A stretch of 64,000 nt of DNA from Antedon mediterranea (GCF_964355755.1 NC_092673.1:10822948-10886947), one strand, 5' to 3'; shown: positions 37,775 through 53,061, counted from the first letter of the stretch. Made by a program: numbers and translations. Notes: a model not told the origin generated them from the letters alone.

Positions 37775-40700
37775 GATCTATCTCTCTCTCTCGCTGATCT
37801 ATCTCTCTCGCTGATCTATCTCTCTCTCGCTGATCTATCTCTCTCTCGCTGATCTATCTCTCTCTCGCTGATCTATCTCTCTCTCGCTGATCTATCTCTC
37901 TCGCTGATCTATCTCTCTCTCGCTGATCTATCTCTCTCTCTCGCTGATCTATCTCTCTATCACTGATCTATCTCTCTCTCTCGCTGATCTATCTCTCTCT
38001 CGCTGATCTATCTCTCTCTCGCTGATCTGTGTCTCTCTCGCTGATCTATCTCTCTCTCGCTGATCTATCTCTCTCTCTCTCGCTGATCTATCTCTCTCTC
38101 GCTGATCTATCTCTCTCTCTCTCGCTGATCTACCTCTCTCTCGCTGATCTATCTCTCTCTCGCTGATCTATCTCTCTCTCTCTCGCTGATCTCTCTCTCT
38201 CTCTCGCTGATCTATCTCTCTCTCGCTGATCTATCTCTCTCTCTCTCTCTCTCGCTGATCTATCTCTCTCTCGCTGATCTATCTCTCTGGCTGATCTATC
38301 TCTCTCGCTGATCTATCTCTCTCTCGCTGATCTATCTCTCTCTCGCTGATCTATCTCTCTCTCGCCGATCTATCTCTCTCTCTCACTGATCTATCTCTCT
38401 CTCGCTGATCTATCTCTCTCTCTCGCTGATCTATCTCTCTCTCGCTGATCTATCTCTCACTCGCTGATCTATCTCTCTCTCGCTAATCTATCTCTCTCTC
38501 GCTGTTCTATCTCTCTCTCTCGCTGATCTATCTCTCTCGCTGATCTATCTCTCTCTCGCTGATCTATCTCTCTCTCGCTGATCTATCTTTCTCGCTGATC
38601 TATCTCTCTATCGCTGATCTATCTCTCTCTCTCGCTGATCTATCTCTCTCTCTCGCTGATCTATCTCTCTCTCGCTGATCTATCTCTCTCTCTCTCTCTC
38701 GCTGATCTATCTCTCTCTCTCGCTGATCTATCTCTCTCTCGCGCTGATCTATCTCTCTCTCTCGCTGATCTATCTCTCTCCCGCTGATCTATCTCTCTCT
38801 CTCTCGCTGATCTATCTCTCTCGCTGATCTATCTCTCTCTCGCTGATCTATCTCTCTCTCGCTGATCTATCTCTCTCTCGCTAATCTATCTCTCTCTCGC
38901 TGTTCTATCTCTCTCTCGCTGATCTATCTCTCTCGCTGATCTATCTCTCTCTCGCTGATCTATCTCTCTCTCGCTGATCTATCTCTCTCTCGCGCTGATC
39001 TATCTCTCTCTCTCGCTGATCTATCTCTCTCTCGCTGATCTATCTCTCTCTCTCGCTGATCTATCTCTCTATCGCTGATCTATCTCTCTCTCGCTGATCT
39101 AACTCTCTCTCGCTGATCTATCTCTCTCTCTCTCGCTGATCTATCTCTCTCTCTCGCTGATCTATCTCTCTCTCGCGCTGATCTATCTCTCTCTCTCGCT
39201 GATCTATCTCTCTCTCGCTGATCTATCTCTCTCTCTCGCTGATCTATCTCTCTCTCTCTCGCTGATCTATCTCTCTCTGTCGCTGATCTATCTCTCTCTG
39301 TCGCTTATCCATCTCTCTCTGTCGCTGATCTATCTCTCTCTGTCGCTGATCTATCTCTCTCTCTCTCTCTCTGTCACTGATCTATCTCTCTCTCTCTCGC
39401 TGATCTCTTTCTCTCTCACTGATCTATCTCTCTCTCGCTGATCTCTCTCTCTCTCTCTCTCTCGCTGATCTATCTCTCTCTCTCGCTGATCTATCTCTCT
39501 CTAGCTGATCTATCTCTCTCTCGCTGATCTATCTCTCTCTCGCTGATCTATCTCTCTCTCTCGCTGATCTATCTCTCTCTCTCTCGCTGATCTATCTCTC
39601 TCTCTCTCGCTGATCTATCTCTCTCTCTTGCTGATCTATCTCTCTCTCGCGCTGATCTATCTATCTATCTCTCTCTCTCTCTCGCTGATCTATCTCTCTA
39701 TCTCGCTGATCTATCTATCTCTCTCGCTGATCTATCTCTCTCTCTTGCTGATCTATCTATCTCTCTCGCTGATCTATCTCTAGCTCTCTCTCGCTGATCT
39801 ATCTCTCTCTGTCGCTGATCTATCTCTCTCTGTCGCTGATCTATCTCTCTCTGTCGCTGATCTATCTCTCTCAGTGGCTGATCTATCTCTCTGTCTCTCT
39901 CGCTGATCTATCTCTCTCGCTGATCTATCTCTCTCTCGCTGATCTATGTCTCTCTCGCTGATCTATCTCTCTCGCTGATCTATCTCTCTCGCTGATCTAT
40001 CTCTCTCTCTCTCTCTCTCGCTGATCTATCTCTCTCTCGCTGATCTATCTCTCTCTCACTGATCTATCTCTCTCTCTCGCTGATCTGTCTCTCTCTCGCT
40101 GATCTATCTCTCTCTAGCTGATCTATCTCTCTCTCGCTGATCTATCTCTCTCTCTCTGATCTATCTCTCTCTCGCTTATCTATCTCTCTCTTGCTGATCT
40201 ACCTCTCTCTCGCTGATCTATCTCTCTCTCTCGCTGATCTATCTCTCTCTCGCTGATCTATCTCTCTCTCGCTAATCTATCTCTCTCTCGCTGATCTATC
40301 TCTCTCTCTCTGATCTATCTCTCTCTCGCTGATCTATCTCTCTCTCGCTGATCTATCTCTCTCTCTCGCTGATCTATCTCTCTCGCTGATCTATCTCTCA
40401 CTCGCTGATCTATCTCTCTCTCGCTGATCTATCTCTCTCTCGCTGATCTAACTCTCTCTCGATGATCTATCTCTCTCGCTGATCTATCTCTATCTCTCTC
40501 GCTGATCTATCTCTCTCTCGCTGATCTATTTCTCTCGCTAATCTATCTCTCTCTCACTGATCTATCTCTGTCTCGCTGAAATATCTCTCTCTCGCTGATC
40601 TATCTCTCTCTCGCTGATCTATCTCTCTCTCGCTGATCTATCTCTCACTCGCTGATCTATCTCTCTCTCGCTGATATATCTCTCTCTCGCTGATCTATCT

Positions 40701-40915
40701 CTCTCTCGCTAATCTATCTCTCTCTCGCTTATCTATCTCTCTCTCGCAGATCTATCTCTCTCTCGCTGATCTATCTCTCTCTCGCTGATTTGTCTCTCTA
40801 TCGCTGATCTATCTCTCTCTCGCTGATCTATCTCTCTCTCTCTCGCTGATCTATCTCTCTTTCTCTTGATGATCTCTCTCTCTCTATCGCTGATCTATCT
40901 CTCTCTCGCTGATCT
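37775..40915 (-). repeat. Satellite B, array 2 (reverse orientation)
   Basis: Tandem ATCTCTCTCTCGCTGATCT. Confidence 0.98.
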
Positions 40916-43900
40916 AATAGCTTCAAAACGGATTTGGAGACGTTTAGACCATTTTGTGCATTTCTATGAAACTTGGTTACACAAAAACATGTGCATACAA
41001 TAGCTTAATATCGTATTTGGAGACGTTTTAGACCATTTTGAGCATTTCGATGAAAGTTTTCACACAAAAATATCAAAGTGCTTAAAATCACATTTGAAAC
41101 CGTTTTAGACCATTTTGAGCATTTCGATAAAACTTTTCACACAAAAAATTAAAGTGCACAAAATAGCTTCAAATCGCATTTGGAGACGTTTTAGACCATT
41201 TTGTGCATTTCGATGAAACTTTTCACACAAAACATCAAAGTTCACAAAATAGCTTCAAATCGCATTTGGAGACGTTTTTGACCATTTTGTGCGTTTCATT
41301 ACACAAAACATCAAAGTGCACAAAATAGCTTCAAATCGCATTTGTAGACGTTTTAGACCAATTTGTGCATTTCGAAAAAACTTGGTAACATAAAAACACC
41401 AAAGTGCTTAGAATAGCTTAAAAATGGATTTGGAGACGTTTTAGACCATTTTGTGCATTTCGTTAAAACTTTTCATACAAAAACATCAAAGTGCATACAA
41501 TAGCTTATTATCGTATTTGGAGACGTTTTTGACCATTTTGTGCATTTCGATGAAACTTTTCACACAAAACCATCAAATTGCACAAAATAGCTTCAAATCG
41601 CATTTGGAGACGTTTTAGACCATTTTGTGCATTTCGATGAAACTTTTCACACAAAAACAACAAAGTGCATACAATAGCTTAATATCGTATTTGGAGACGT
41701 TTTAGACCATTTTGTGCATTTCGATGAAACTTTTCAACCAAAAACATCAATGTGCATACAACAGCTTATAATCGTATTTGGAGACGTTTTTGACCATTTT
41801 GTGATTTTCAATGAAACTTTTCACACAAAACATCAAAGTGCACAAAAAAGCTTCAAATCGCATTTGGAGACGTTTTAGACCAATTGGTGCATTTCGATGA
41901 AACTTTTCACACAAAAACAACAAAGTACATACAATAACTTAATATCGTATTTGGAGACGTTTTAGACCAATTTGTGCATTTCGATGAAACTTTTGATACA
42001 AAACATCAAAGTGCACAAAATAGCTTCAAATCGCATTTTGAGACGTTTTAGACCATTTTGAGCATTTCGATGAAACTTGATTACACAAAACATCAAAGTG
42101 CACAAAATAGCTTCAAATCGCATTTGCAGACGTTTTAGACCATTTTGTGCATTTCGATGAAATTTGATTACACAAAAACATCAAAGTGCTTAAATTCACA
42201 TTTGAAACCGTTTTAGACCATTTTGTGTATTTCGATAAAACTTTTCACACAAAAACATCAAAATACATACAATAACTTAAAATCGTATTTGGAGACGTTT
42301 TAGAACATTTTGTGCATTTCGATGAAACTTTTCACACAAAAACATCAATGTGCACAAAATAGCTTCAAATCGCATTGAGAGACGTTTTAGACCATTTTGT
42401 GCATTTCGAAAAAACTTGGTAACATAAAAACACCAAAGTGCTTAGAATAGCTTAAAAATGGATTTGGAGACGTTTTAGACCATTTTGTGCATTTCGTTAA
42501 AACTTTTCACACAAAAACATCAAAGTGAATACAATAGCTTATTATCGTATTTGGAGACGTTTTTGACCATTTTGTGCATTTCGATGAAACTTTTCACACA
42601 AAATCATCAAATTGCACAAAATAGCTTCAAATCGCATTTGGAGACGTTTTAGACCATTTTGTGCATTTCGATGAAACTTTTCACACCAAAACAACAAAGT
42701 GCATACAATAGCTTAATATCGTATTTGGAGACGTTTTAGACCATTTTGTGCATTTCGATGAAACTTTTCAACCAAAAACATCAATGTGCATACAACAGCT
42801 TATAATCGTATTTGGAGACGTTTTTGACCATTTTGTGATTTTCGATGAAACTTTTCACACAAAACATCAAAGTGCACAAAATAGCTTCAAATCGCATTTG
42901 GAGACGTTTTAGACCAATTTGTGCATTTCGATGAAACTTTTCACACAAAAACAACAAAGTACATACAATAACTTAATATCGTATTTGGAGACGTTTTAGA
43001 CCAATTTGTGCATTTCGATGAAACTTTTCACACAAAACATCAATGTGCACAAAATAGCTTCAAATCGCATTTGGAGACGTTTTAGACCAATTTGTGCATT
43101 TCGATGAAACTTTTCACACAAAAACAACAAAGTACATACAATAACTTAATATCGTATTTGGAGACGTTTTAGACCAATTTGTGCATTTCGATGAACCTTT
43201 TCACACAAAACATCAAAGTGCACAAAATAGCTTCAAATCGCATTTGGAGACGTTTTAGACCATTTTGAGCATTTCGATGAAACTTGATTACACAAAACAT
43301 CAAAGTGCACAAAATAGCTTCAAATCGCATTTGCTGACGTTTTAGACCATTTTGTGCATTTCGATGAAATTTGATTACACAAAAACATCAAAGTGCTTAA
43401 AATCACATTTGAAACCGTTTTAGACCATTTTGAGTATTTCGATAAAACTTTTCACACAAAAACATCAAAATACATACAATAGCTTAATATCGTATTTGGA
43501 GACGTTTTAGAACATTTTGTGCATTTCGATGAAACTTTTCACACAAAAACATCAATGTGCACAAAATAGCTTCAAATCGCATTGAGAGACGTTTTAGACC
43601 ATTTTGTGCATTTCGATGAAACTTTTCACACAAAAACATCAAAGTGCACAAAATAGCTTCAAATCGTATTTGGAGACGTTTTAGACAATTTTGTGCATTT
43701 CGATGAAACTTTTCACACAAAACAACAAAGTGTACAAAATAGCTTCAAATCGCATTTGGAGACGTTTTAGACCATTTTGTGCGTTTCATTACACAAAACA
43801 TCAAAGTGCACAAAATAGCTTCAAATCGCATTTGGAGACGTTTTAGACCATGTTGTGCATTTCGAAAAAAACTTGATTACACAAAAATATCAAAGTGCAT

Positions 43901-45567
43901 ACAACAGCTTATAATCGTATTTGGAGACGTTTTTGACCATTTTGTGATTTTCGATGAAACTTTTCACACAAAACATCAAAGTGCACAAAATAGCTTCAAA
44001 TCGCATTTGGAGACGTTTTAGACCAATTTGTGCATTTCGATGAAACTTTTCACACAAAAACAACAAAGTACATACAATTACTTAATATCGTATTTGGAGA
44101 CGTTTTAGACCAATTTGTGCATTTCGATGAAACTTTTCACACAAAACATCAAAGTGCACAAAATAGCTTCAAATCGCATTTGGAGACGTTTTAGACCATT
44201 TTGAGCATTTCGATGAAACTTGATTACACAAAACATCAAAGTGCACAAAATAGCTTCAAATCGCATTTGCTGACGTTTTAGACCATTTTGTGCATTTCGA
44301 TGAAATTTGATTACACAAAAACATCAAAGTGCTTAAAATCACATTTGAAACCGTTTTAGACCATTTTGAGTATTTCGATAAAACTGTTCACACAAAAACA
44401 TCAAAGTGCACAAAATAGCTTCAAATCGTATTTGGAGACGTTTTAGACAATTTTGTGCATTTCGATGAAACTTTTCACACAAAACAACAAAGTGTACAAA
44501 ATAGCTTCAAATCGCATTTGGAGACGTTTTAGACCATTTTGTGCGTTTCATTACACAAAACATCAAAGTGCACAAAATAGCTTCAAATCGCATTTGGAGA
44601 CGTTTTAGACCATGTTGTGCATTTCGAAAAAAACTTGATTACACAAAAATATCAAAGTGCTTAAAATCACATTTGAAACCGTTTTAGACCATTTTGAGCA
44701 TTTCGATAAAACTTTTCACACAAAACATTAAAGTGCTTAAAATCACATTTGAAAACGTTTTAGACCATTTCGAGCATTTCTATAAAACTTTTTACACAAA
44801 ACATCAAAGTGCACAAAAGAGCTCCAAATCGCATTTGGAGACGTTTTAGACCATTTTGTGCATTTCGAAAAAACTTTTCACACAAAAACATCAAAGTGCA
44901 TACAATAGCTTAATATCGTATTTCGAGACGTTTTAGACAATTTTGTGCATTTCGATGAAACTTTTCACACAAAAACATCAAAGTGCACAAAATAGCTTCA
45001 AATCGCCTTTTGAGAGGTTTTAGACAAGTTTGTACATTTCGATGAAACTGGATTACACAAAACATCAAAGTGCACAAAATAGCTTCAAATCGCATTTGCA
45101 GACGATTTAGACCATTTTGTGCATTTCGATGAAACTTGATAACACAAAAACATCAAAGTGCTTAAAATCACATTTGAAACCGTTTTAGACCATTTTGAGC
45201 ATTTCGATAAAACTTTTCACACAAAACATCAAAGTGCACAAAATAACTTCAAATCGCATTTAGAGACGTTTTAGACCATTTTGTGCATTTCGAAAAAACT
45301 TGGTAACATAAAAAAACACCAAAGTGCTTAGAATAGCTTCAAAACTGATTTAGTGAAGTTTTAGACCATTTTGTGCATTTCGATGAGACTTTTCACAAAA
45401 AAACATCAATGTGCATACAACAGCTTATTATCGTATTTGGAGACGTTTTTGACCATTTTGTGCATTTCGATGAAACTTTTCACACAAAACCATCAAAGTG
45501 CACAAAATAGCTTCAAATCGCATTTGGAGACGTTTTAGACCATTTTGTGCATGTCGATGAAACTTTT
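40916..45567 (-). repeat. Satellite A, reverse-orientation block
   Basis: Reverse complement of the 87-bp unit, with the same junction to satellite B as at 8856/8857. Confidence 0.97.
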
Positions 45568-45971
45568 CATTCTGTGTAGACAAAATTAATTCTGTGTTGA
45601 CAAAATTAATTCTGTGTAGACAAAATTCATTGCGTAACGAAAAAATTCATATTGTGGTGACAAAATTCATTCTGTAACGACAAAATTCATTTTGTGTAGA
45701 GAAAATTAATTCTGTGTGGACAAAATTAATTATGTGTAGACAAAATTCATTCTGTAACGACAAAATTCATTTTGTGGCGACAAAATGAATTCTGTGTAGA
45801 CAAAATTTATTCTGTGTAGACAAAATACATTCTGTGTAGACAAAATTCATTTTGTCGCGACAAAATGAATTTTGTTAGCCTTGCCTACTCAAGCGTGGGA
45901 CAAAACGTTTTTTAAAACATTTTGTCCCACGCTTGAGTAGGCTCGGTTTTAACATTTAAATTAGAAGGCGG
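45568..45971 (-). repeat. 20-bp minisatellite with unique head, reverse orientation
   Basis: Reverse complement of 36942-~37340, ending ...TTAAATTAGAAGGCGG. Confidence 0.9.
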
Positions 45972-46583
45972 AGTTTAAACGTGAAAAGTGCAAGACAGGG
46001 TGAAGCTATACATGATGACAGCGCGTGAATCTTGTACATTTGTTATTGGTTCAGTTATTATGGCTGAGCATGCCTCCGTCTCTATTGCTATCATATTAAT
46101 AGTATTTTATAATATCAGGGACCCCTGAAAATATCAGATATGATCAGTATTCATACTTTGACAATTTAATATCTACGTCTTCAGTAATAATTTTTATTAT
46201 AATGTATTTTATATTAAAAAATCGGAAAATGGTTTTTATAGAGCCCTGCTTACTACTTAAGTAACATTGTAGTAATGGGGCTATTTAGTATTTTGCCGTT
46301 TAAAATATTATTTATTAATCTTATAAAATGTATATACTTTATTTTAAAATTAAAGATGTATATTGTCTCCCAAAATCATGAAAAATAAAGATTTTTAAAA
46401 TCGGACTTTAAATAGGCCAATATGCAGTTTTAATGAAGTTGTTCACTTCCATAAGAAAAAAGAACGGGGAAAACAATTATTTAACCTATAAAAAGAAAAA
46501 ATAAACAGTTAAATTACCCAAAAACTCATTGGCTTCCAGACAATTTGACCATTTTTTTGCTTTAAATTACAGTTTTTTCAGGT

Positions 46584-48331
46584 AGATCAGCGAGAGAGAG
46601 ATAGATAGATCAGCGAGAGAGAGATAGATAGATAGATCAGCGAGAGAGAGATAGATCAGCGAGAGAGAGATAGATAGATCAGCGAGATAGAGATAGATCA
46701 GCGAGAGAGAGAGATAGATCAGCGAGAGAGATAGATAGATCAGCGAGAGAGAGATTGATCAGCGAGAGAGTGATAGATAGATAGGCGAGAGAGAGATAGA
46801 TAGATCAGCGAGAGAGAGATAGATCAGCGAGAGAGAGAGAGATAGATAGATAAGCGAGAGAGAGATAGATCAGCGAGAGAGAGATAGATCAGCGAGAGAG
46901 AGATAAATCAGCGAGAGGGAGATAGATAGATCAGCGAGAGAGAGATAGATAGATCAGCGAGAGAGAGAGATAGATAGATCAGCGAGAGAGAGATAGATCA
47001 GCGAGAGAGAGATATATCAGCGATAGAGAGATAGGTAAGCGAGAGAGAGAGATGGATAGATCAGTGAGAGAGAGATAGATAGATCAGCGAGAGAGAGATA
47101 GATCAGCGAGAGAGAAAGAGAGATAGATCAGCGAGAGAGAGAGATAGATCAGCGAGAGAGAGAGAGAGAGAGAGAGATCAGCGAGAGAGATAGATCAGCG
47201 AGAGAGAGATAGATCTGCGAGAGAGAGACAGATCAGCGAGAGAGAGATAGATCAGCGAGAGAGAAAGAGAGATAGATCAGCGAGAGAGAGATAGATCAGC
47301 GAGAGAGAGAGAGAGAGAGATCAGCGAGAGAGATAGATCAGCGAGAGAGATAGATAGATCAGCGAGAGAGAGATAGATCAGTGAGAGAGAGATAGATAGA
47401 TAGGCGAGAGAGAGATAGATAGATCAGCGAGAGAGAGATAGATCAGCGAGAGAGAGAGATAGATAGATAAGCGAGAGAGAGATAGATCAGCGAGAGAGAG
47501 ATAGATCAGCGAGAGAGAGATAGATCAGCGAGAGGGAGATAGATAGATCAGCGAGAGAGAGATAGATAGATCAGCGAGAGAGAGAGATAGATAGATCAGC
47601 GAGAGAAAGATAGATCAGCGAGAGAGAGATAGATCAGCGATAGAGAGATAGGTAAGCGAGAGAGAGATGGATAGATCAGTGAGAGAGAGATAGATAGATC
47701 AGCGAGAGAGTGATAGATCAGCGAGAGAGAAAGAGAGATAGATCAGCGAGAGAGAGAGATAGATCAGCGAGAGAGAGAGAGAGAGAGAGATCAGCGAGAG
47801 AGATAGATCAGCGAGAGAGAGATAGATCTGCGAGAGAGAGAGATCAGCGAGAGAGAGATAGATCAGCGAAAGAGAGAGAGAGAGAGAGATCAGCGAGATT
47901 GAGAGAGAGAGATAGATCAGCGAGAGAGAGAGATAGATCAGCGAGAGAGAGAGATAGATCAGCGAGAGAGATAGATCAGCGAGAGAGAGATAGATCAGTG
48001 AGAGAGAGATAGATCAGCGAGAGAGAGATAGATCAGCGAGAGAGAGATAGATCAGCGAGAGAGATAGATCAGCGAGAGAGAGAGATAGATCAGCGAGAGA
48101 GAAATAGATCAGCAAGAGAGATATAGATCAGCAAGAGAGAGATAGATCAGCGAGAGAGAGATAGATCAGCGAGAGAGAGATAGGTCAGCGAGAGAGAGAT
48201 AGATCAGCGAGAGAGAGATAGGTCAGCGAGAGAGAGAAAGATCAGTGAGAGAGAGAGATAGATCAGCGAGAGAGAGATAGATAGATCAGCGAGAGAGAGA
48301 TAGATCAGCGAGAGAGAGAGAGAGAGAGAGA

Positions 48332-48384
<53 letters not shown>

Positions 48385-48799
48385 AGCAAGAGAGAGAGAG
48401 AGATAGATCAGCAAGAGCGAGATAGATCAGCGAGAGAGAGATAGATCAGCGAGAGAGAGATAGATCAGCGAGAGAGATATAGATCAGCGAGAGAGAGATA
48501 GATCAGCGAGAGAGAGATAGATCAGCGAGAGAGAGATAGATCAGTGAGAGAGAGATAGATCAGCGAGAGAGAGATATATATCAGCGAGAGAGAGATAGAT
48601 CAGCGAGAGAGAGATAGATCAGCGAGAGAGAGATAGATCAGCGAGAGAGATAGATCAGCGAGAGAGAGATAGATCAGCGAGAGAGATAGATCAGCGAGAG
48701 AGAGAGAGATAGATCAGCGAGAGAGAGATAGATCAGCGAGAGAGAGAGAGATAGATCAGCGAGAGAGAGAGATAGATCAGCGAGAGAGAGAGAGATAGA

Positions 48800-48839
<40 letters not shown>

Positions 48840-51246
48840 GCGAGAGAGAGAGATAGATCAGCGAGAGAGATAGAGAGAGAGAGATCAGCGAGAAAGAGAT
48901 AGATCAGCGAGAGAGAGAGAGAAAGAGAGATCAGCGAGAGAGAGATAGATCAGCTAGAGAGAGATAGATCAGCGAGAGATAGATAGATCAGCGAGAGAGA
49001 GATCGATAGATCAGCGAGAGAGAGATAGATAGATCAATGAGAGAGAGATAGATCAGCGAGAGAGAGATAGATAGATCAGCGAGAGAGAGATAGATCAGCG
49101 AGAGAGAGATAGATCAGCGAGAGAGAGATAGATATTTCAGCGAGAGAGAGATAGACCAGCGAGAGAGAGATAGATCAGCGAGAGATAGATAGATCAGCGA
49201 GAGAGAGATAGATCAGCGAGAGAGAGATAGATCAGCGAGAGAGAGAGATCAGCGAGAGAGAGATAGATCAGCGAGAGAGAGATAGATCAGCGAGAGACAG
49301 ATAGATCAGCGAGAGAGATAGATCAGCGAGAGAGAGATAGATCAACGAGAGAGAGATAGATCAGCGAGAGATAGATAGATCAGCGAGAGAGAGAGATAGA
49401 TAGATCAGCGAGAGAAAGATAGATAGATCAGCGAGAGAGAGATAGATAGATCAGCGGGAGAGAGATAGATAGATCAGCGAGAGAGAGAGATATGTAGATC
49501 AGCGAGAGACAGATAGATAGATCAGCGAGAGACAGATAGATAGATCAGCGAGGGAGAGATAGATAGATCAGCGAGAGAGAGATAGATCAGCGAGAGAGAG
49601 ACAGATCAGCGAGAGAGAGATAGATCAGCGAGAGATAGATAGATAGATCAGTGAGAGAGATAGATCAGCGAGAGAGAGATAGATCAACGAGAGAGAGATA
49701 GATCAGCGAGAGATAGATAGATCAGCGAGAGAGAGATAGATAGATCAGCTAGAGAAAGATAGATAGATCAGCGAGAGAGAGATAGATAGATCAGCGAGAG
49801 AGAGATAGATAGATCAGCGAGAAAGAGATAGGTAGATCAGCGAGAGACAGATAGATAGATCAGGGAGAAAGAGAGATAGGTCAGCGAGAGAGAGAGATAG
49901 ATCAGCGAGAGAGAGATATAAATCAGCGAGAGAGAGATAGATCAGCGAGAGAGAGACAGATCAGCGAGAGAGAGATAGATAGATCAGCGAGAGAGAGATA
50001 GATCAATGAGAGAGAGATAGATCAGCGAGAGAGAGATAGATAGATCAGCGAGAGAGAGAGATAGATGAGCGAGAGAGAGATATATAGATCAGTGAGAGAT
50101 AGATAGATCAGCGAGAGAGAGATAGATAGATCAGCGCGAGAGAGATAGATAGATCAATGAGAGAGAGATAGATCAGCGAGAGAGAGATAGATAGATCAGC
50201 GAGAGAGAGATAGATCAGCGAGAGAGAGATAGATAGATCAGCGAGAGAGAGATAGATCAGCGAGAAAGAGATAGATAGATCAGCGAGAGAGATAGATCAG
50301 CGAGAGAGAGATAGATCAGCGAGAGATAGATAGATCAGCGAGAGAGAGATAGATCAGCGAGAGAGAGATAGATCAGCGAGAGAAAGAGATCAGCGAGAGA
50401 GAGAGAGATAGATCAGCGAGAGAGAGATAGATCAGCGAGAGAGAGAGAGATAGATCAGCGAGAGAGAGATAGATCAGCGAGAGATAGATAGATCAGCGAG
50501 AGAGAGATAGATCAGCGAGAGAGAGATAGATCAGCGAGAGAGAGAGATCAGCGAGAGAGAGATAGATCAGCGAGAGAGAGAGATAGATCAGCGAGAGAGA
50601 GATAGATCAGCGAGAGAGAGAGAGATAGATCAGCGAGAGAGAGATAGATCAGCGAGAGAGAGATAGATCAGCGAGAGAGACATAGATAGATCAGCGAGAG
50701 AGAGATAGATGAGCGAGAAAGAGATGGATAGATCAGCGAGAGATAGATAGATCAGCGAGAGAGAGATAGATAGATCAGCGAGAGAGAGATAGATAGATCA
50801 ATGAGAGAGAGATAGATCAGCGAGAGAGAGATAGATAGATCAGCGAGAGAGAGATAGATCAGCGAGAGAGAGATAGATAGATCAGCGAGAGAGAGATAGA
50901 TCAGCGAGAGAGAGATAGATCAGCGAGAGAGAGATAGATCAGCGAGAGATAGATAGATCAGCGAGAGAGAGATTGATCAGCGAGAGAGAGATAGATTAGC
51001 GAGAGAGAGAGATCAGCGAGAGAGAGATAGATCAGCGAGAGAGAGATAGATCAGCGAGAGATAGATAGATCAGCGAGAGAGATAGATCAGCGAGAGAGAG
51101 ATAGATCAACGAGAGAGAGATAAATCAGCGAGAGATAGATAGATCAGCGAGAGAGAGATAGATAGATCAGCGAGAGAGAGATAGATAGATCAGCGAGAGA
51201 GAGATAGATCAGCGAGAGAGAGATAGATCAGCGAGAGAGAGATAGA

Positions 51247-51285
<39 letters not shown>

Positions 51286-51407
51286 TCAGCGAGAGAGAGA
51301 TAGATCAGCGAGAGAGATAGATCAGCGAGAGAGAGAGAGATAGATCAGCGAGAGAGAGATAGATCAGCGAGAGAGGGAGAGATAGATCAGCGAGAGAGAG
51401 AGATAGA

Positions 51408-51491
<84 letters not shown>

Positions 51492-51555
51492 GCGAGAGAG
51501 AGAGATAGATCAGCGTGAGAGAGAGAGAGAGAGATCAGCGAGAAAGAGATAGATC

Positions 51556-51586
<31 letters not shown>

Positions 51587-53061
51587 TCAGCGAGAGAGAG
51601 AGAGAGATAAGCTAGAGAGAGATAGATCAGCGAGAGATAGATAGATCAGCGAGAGAGAGATAGATAGATCAGCGAGAGAGAGATAGATAGATCAATGAGA
51701 GAGAGATAGATCAGCGAGAGAGAGATAGATAGATCAGCGAGAGAGAGATAGATCAGCGAGAGAGAGAGAGATAGATAGATCAGCGAGAGAGAGATAGATC
51801 AGCGAGAGAGAGATAGATATTTTAGCGAGAGAGAGATAGACCAGCGAGAGAGAGATAGATCTGCGAGAGATAGATAGATCAGCGAGAGAGAGATAGATCA
51901 GCGAGAGAGAGATAGATCAGCGAGAGAGAGAGAGATCAGTGAGAGAGAGATAGATCAGCGAGAGAGAGATAGATCAGCGAGAGACAGATAGATCAGCGAG
52001 AGAGATAGATCAGCGAGAGAGAGATAGATCAACGAGAGAGAGATAGATCAGCGAGAGATAGATAGATCAGCGAGAGAGAGAGATAGATAGATCAGCGAGA
52101 GAAAGATAGATAGATCAGCGAGAGAGAGAGATAGATAGATCAGCGAGAGAGAGATAGATAGATCAGCGAGAGAGAGAGATAGGTAGATCAGCGAGAGACA
52201 GATAGATAGATCAGCGAGAGACAGATAGATAGATCAGCGAGAGACAGATAGATAGATCAGCGAGGGAGAGATAGATAGATCAGCGAGAGAGAGATAGATC
52301 AGCGAGAGAGAGACAGATCAGCGAGAGAGAGATAGATCAGCGAGAGATAGATAGATAGATCAGTGAGAGAGATAGATCAGCGAGAGAGAGATAGATCAAC
52401 GAGAGAGAGATAGATCAGCGAGAGAGAGATAGATAGATCAGCTAGAGAAAGATAGATAGATCAGCGAGAGAGAGATAGATAGATCAGCGAGAGAGAGATA
52501 GATAGATCAGCGAGAGAAAGATAGGTAGATCAGCGAGAGACAGATAGATAGATCAGGGAGAAAGAGAAATAGGTCAGCGAGAGAGAGAGATAGATCAGCG
52601 AGAGAGAGATATAGATCAGCGAGAGAGAGATAGATCAGCGAGAGAGAGACAGATCAGCGAGAGAGAGATAGATAGATCAGCGAGAGAGAGATAGATCAAC
52701 GAGAGAGAGATAGATCAGCGAGAGAGAGATAGATAGATCAGCGAGAGAGAGAGATAGATGAGCGAGAGAGAGATAGATAGATCAGCGAGAGATAGATAGA
52801 TCAGCGAGAGAGAGATAGATAGATCAGCGAGAGAGAGATAGATCAGCGAGAGAGAGATAGATAGATCAGCGAGAGAGAGATAGATCAGCGAGAAAGAGAT
52901 AGATAGATCAGCGAGAGAGATAGATCAGCGAGAGAGAGATAGATCAGCGAGAGATAGATAGATCAGCGAGAGAGAGATAGATCAGCGAGAGAGAGATAGA
53001 TCAGCGAGGGAGAGAGATCAGCGAGAGAGGGAGAGATAGATCAGCGAGAGAGAGAGATAGA

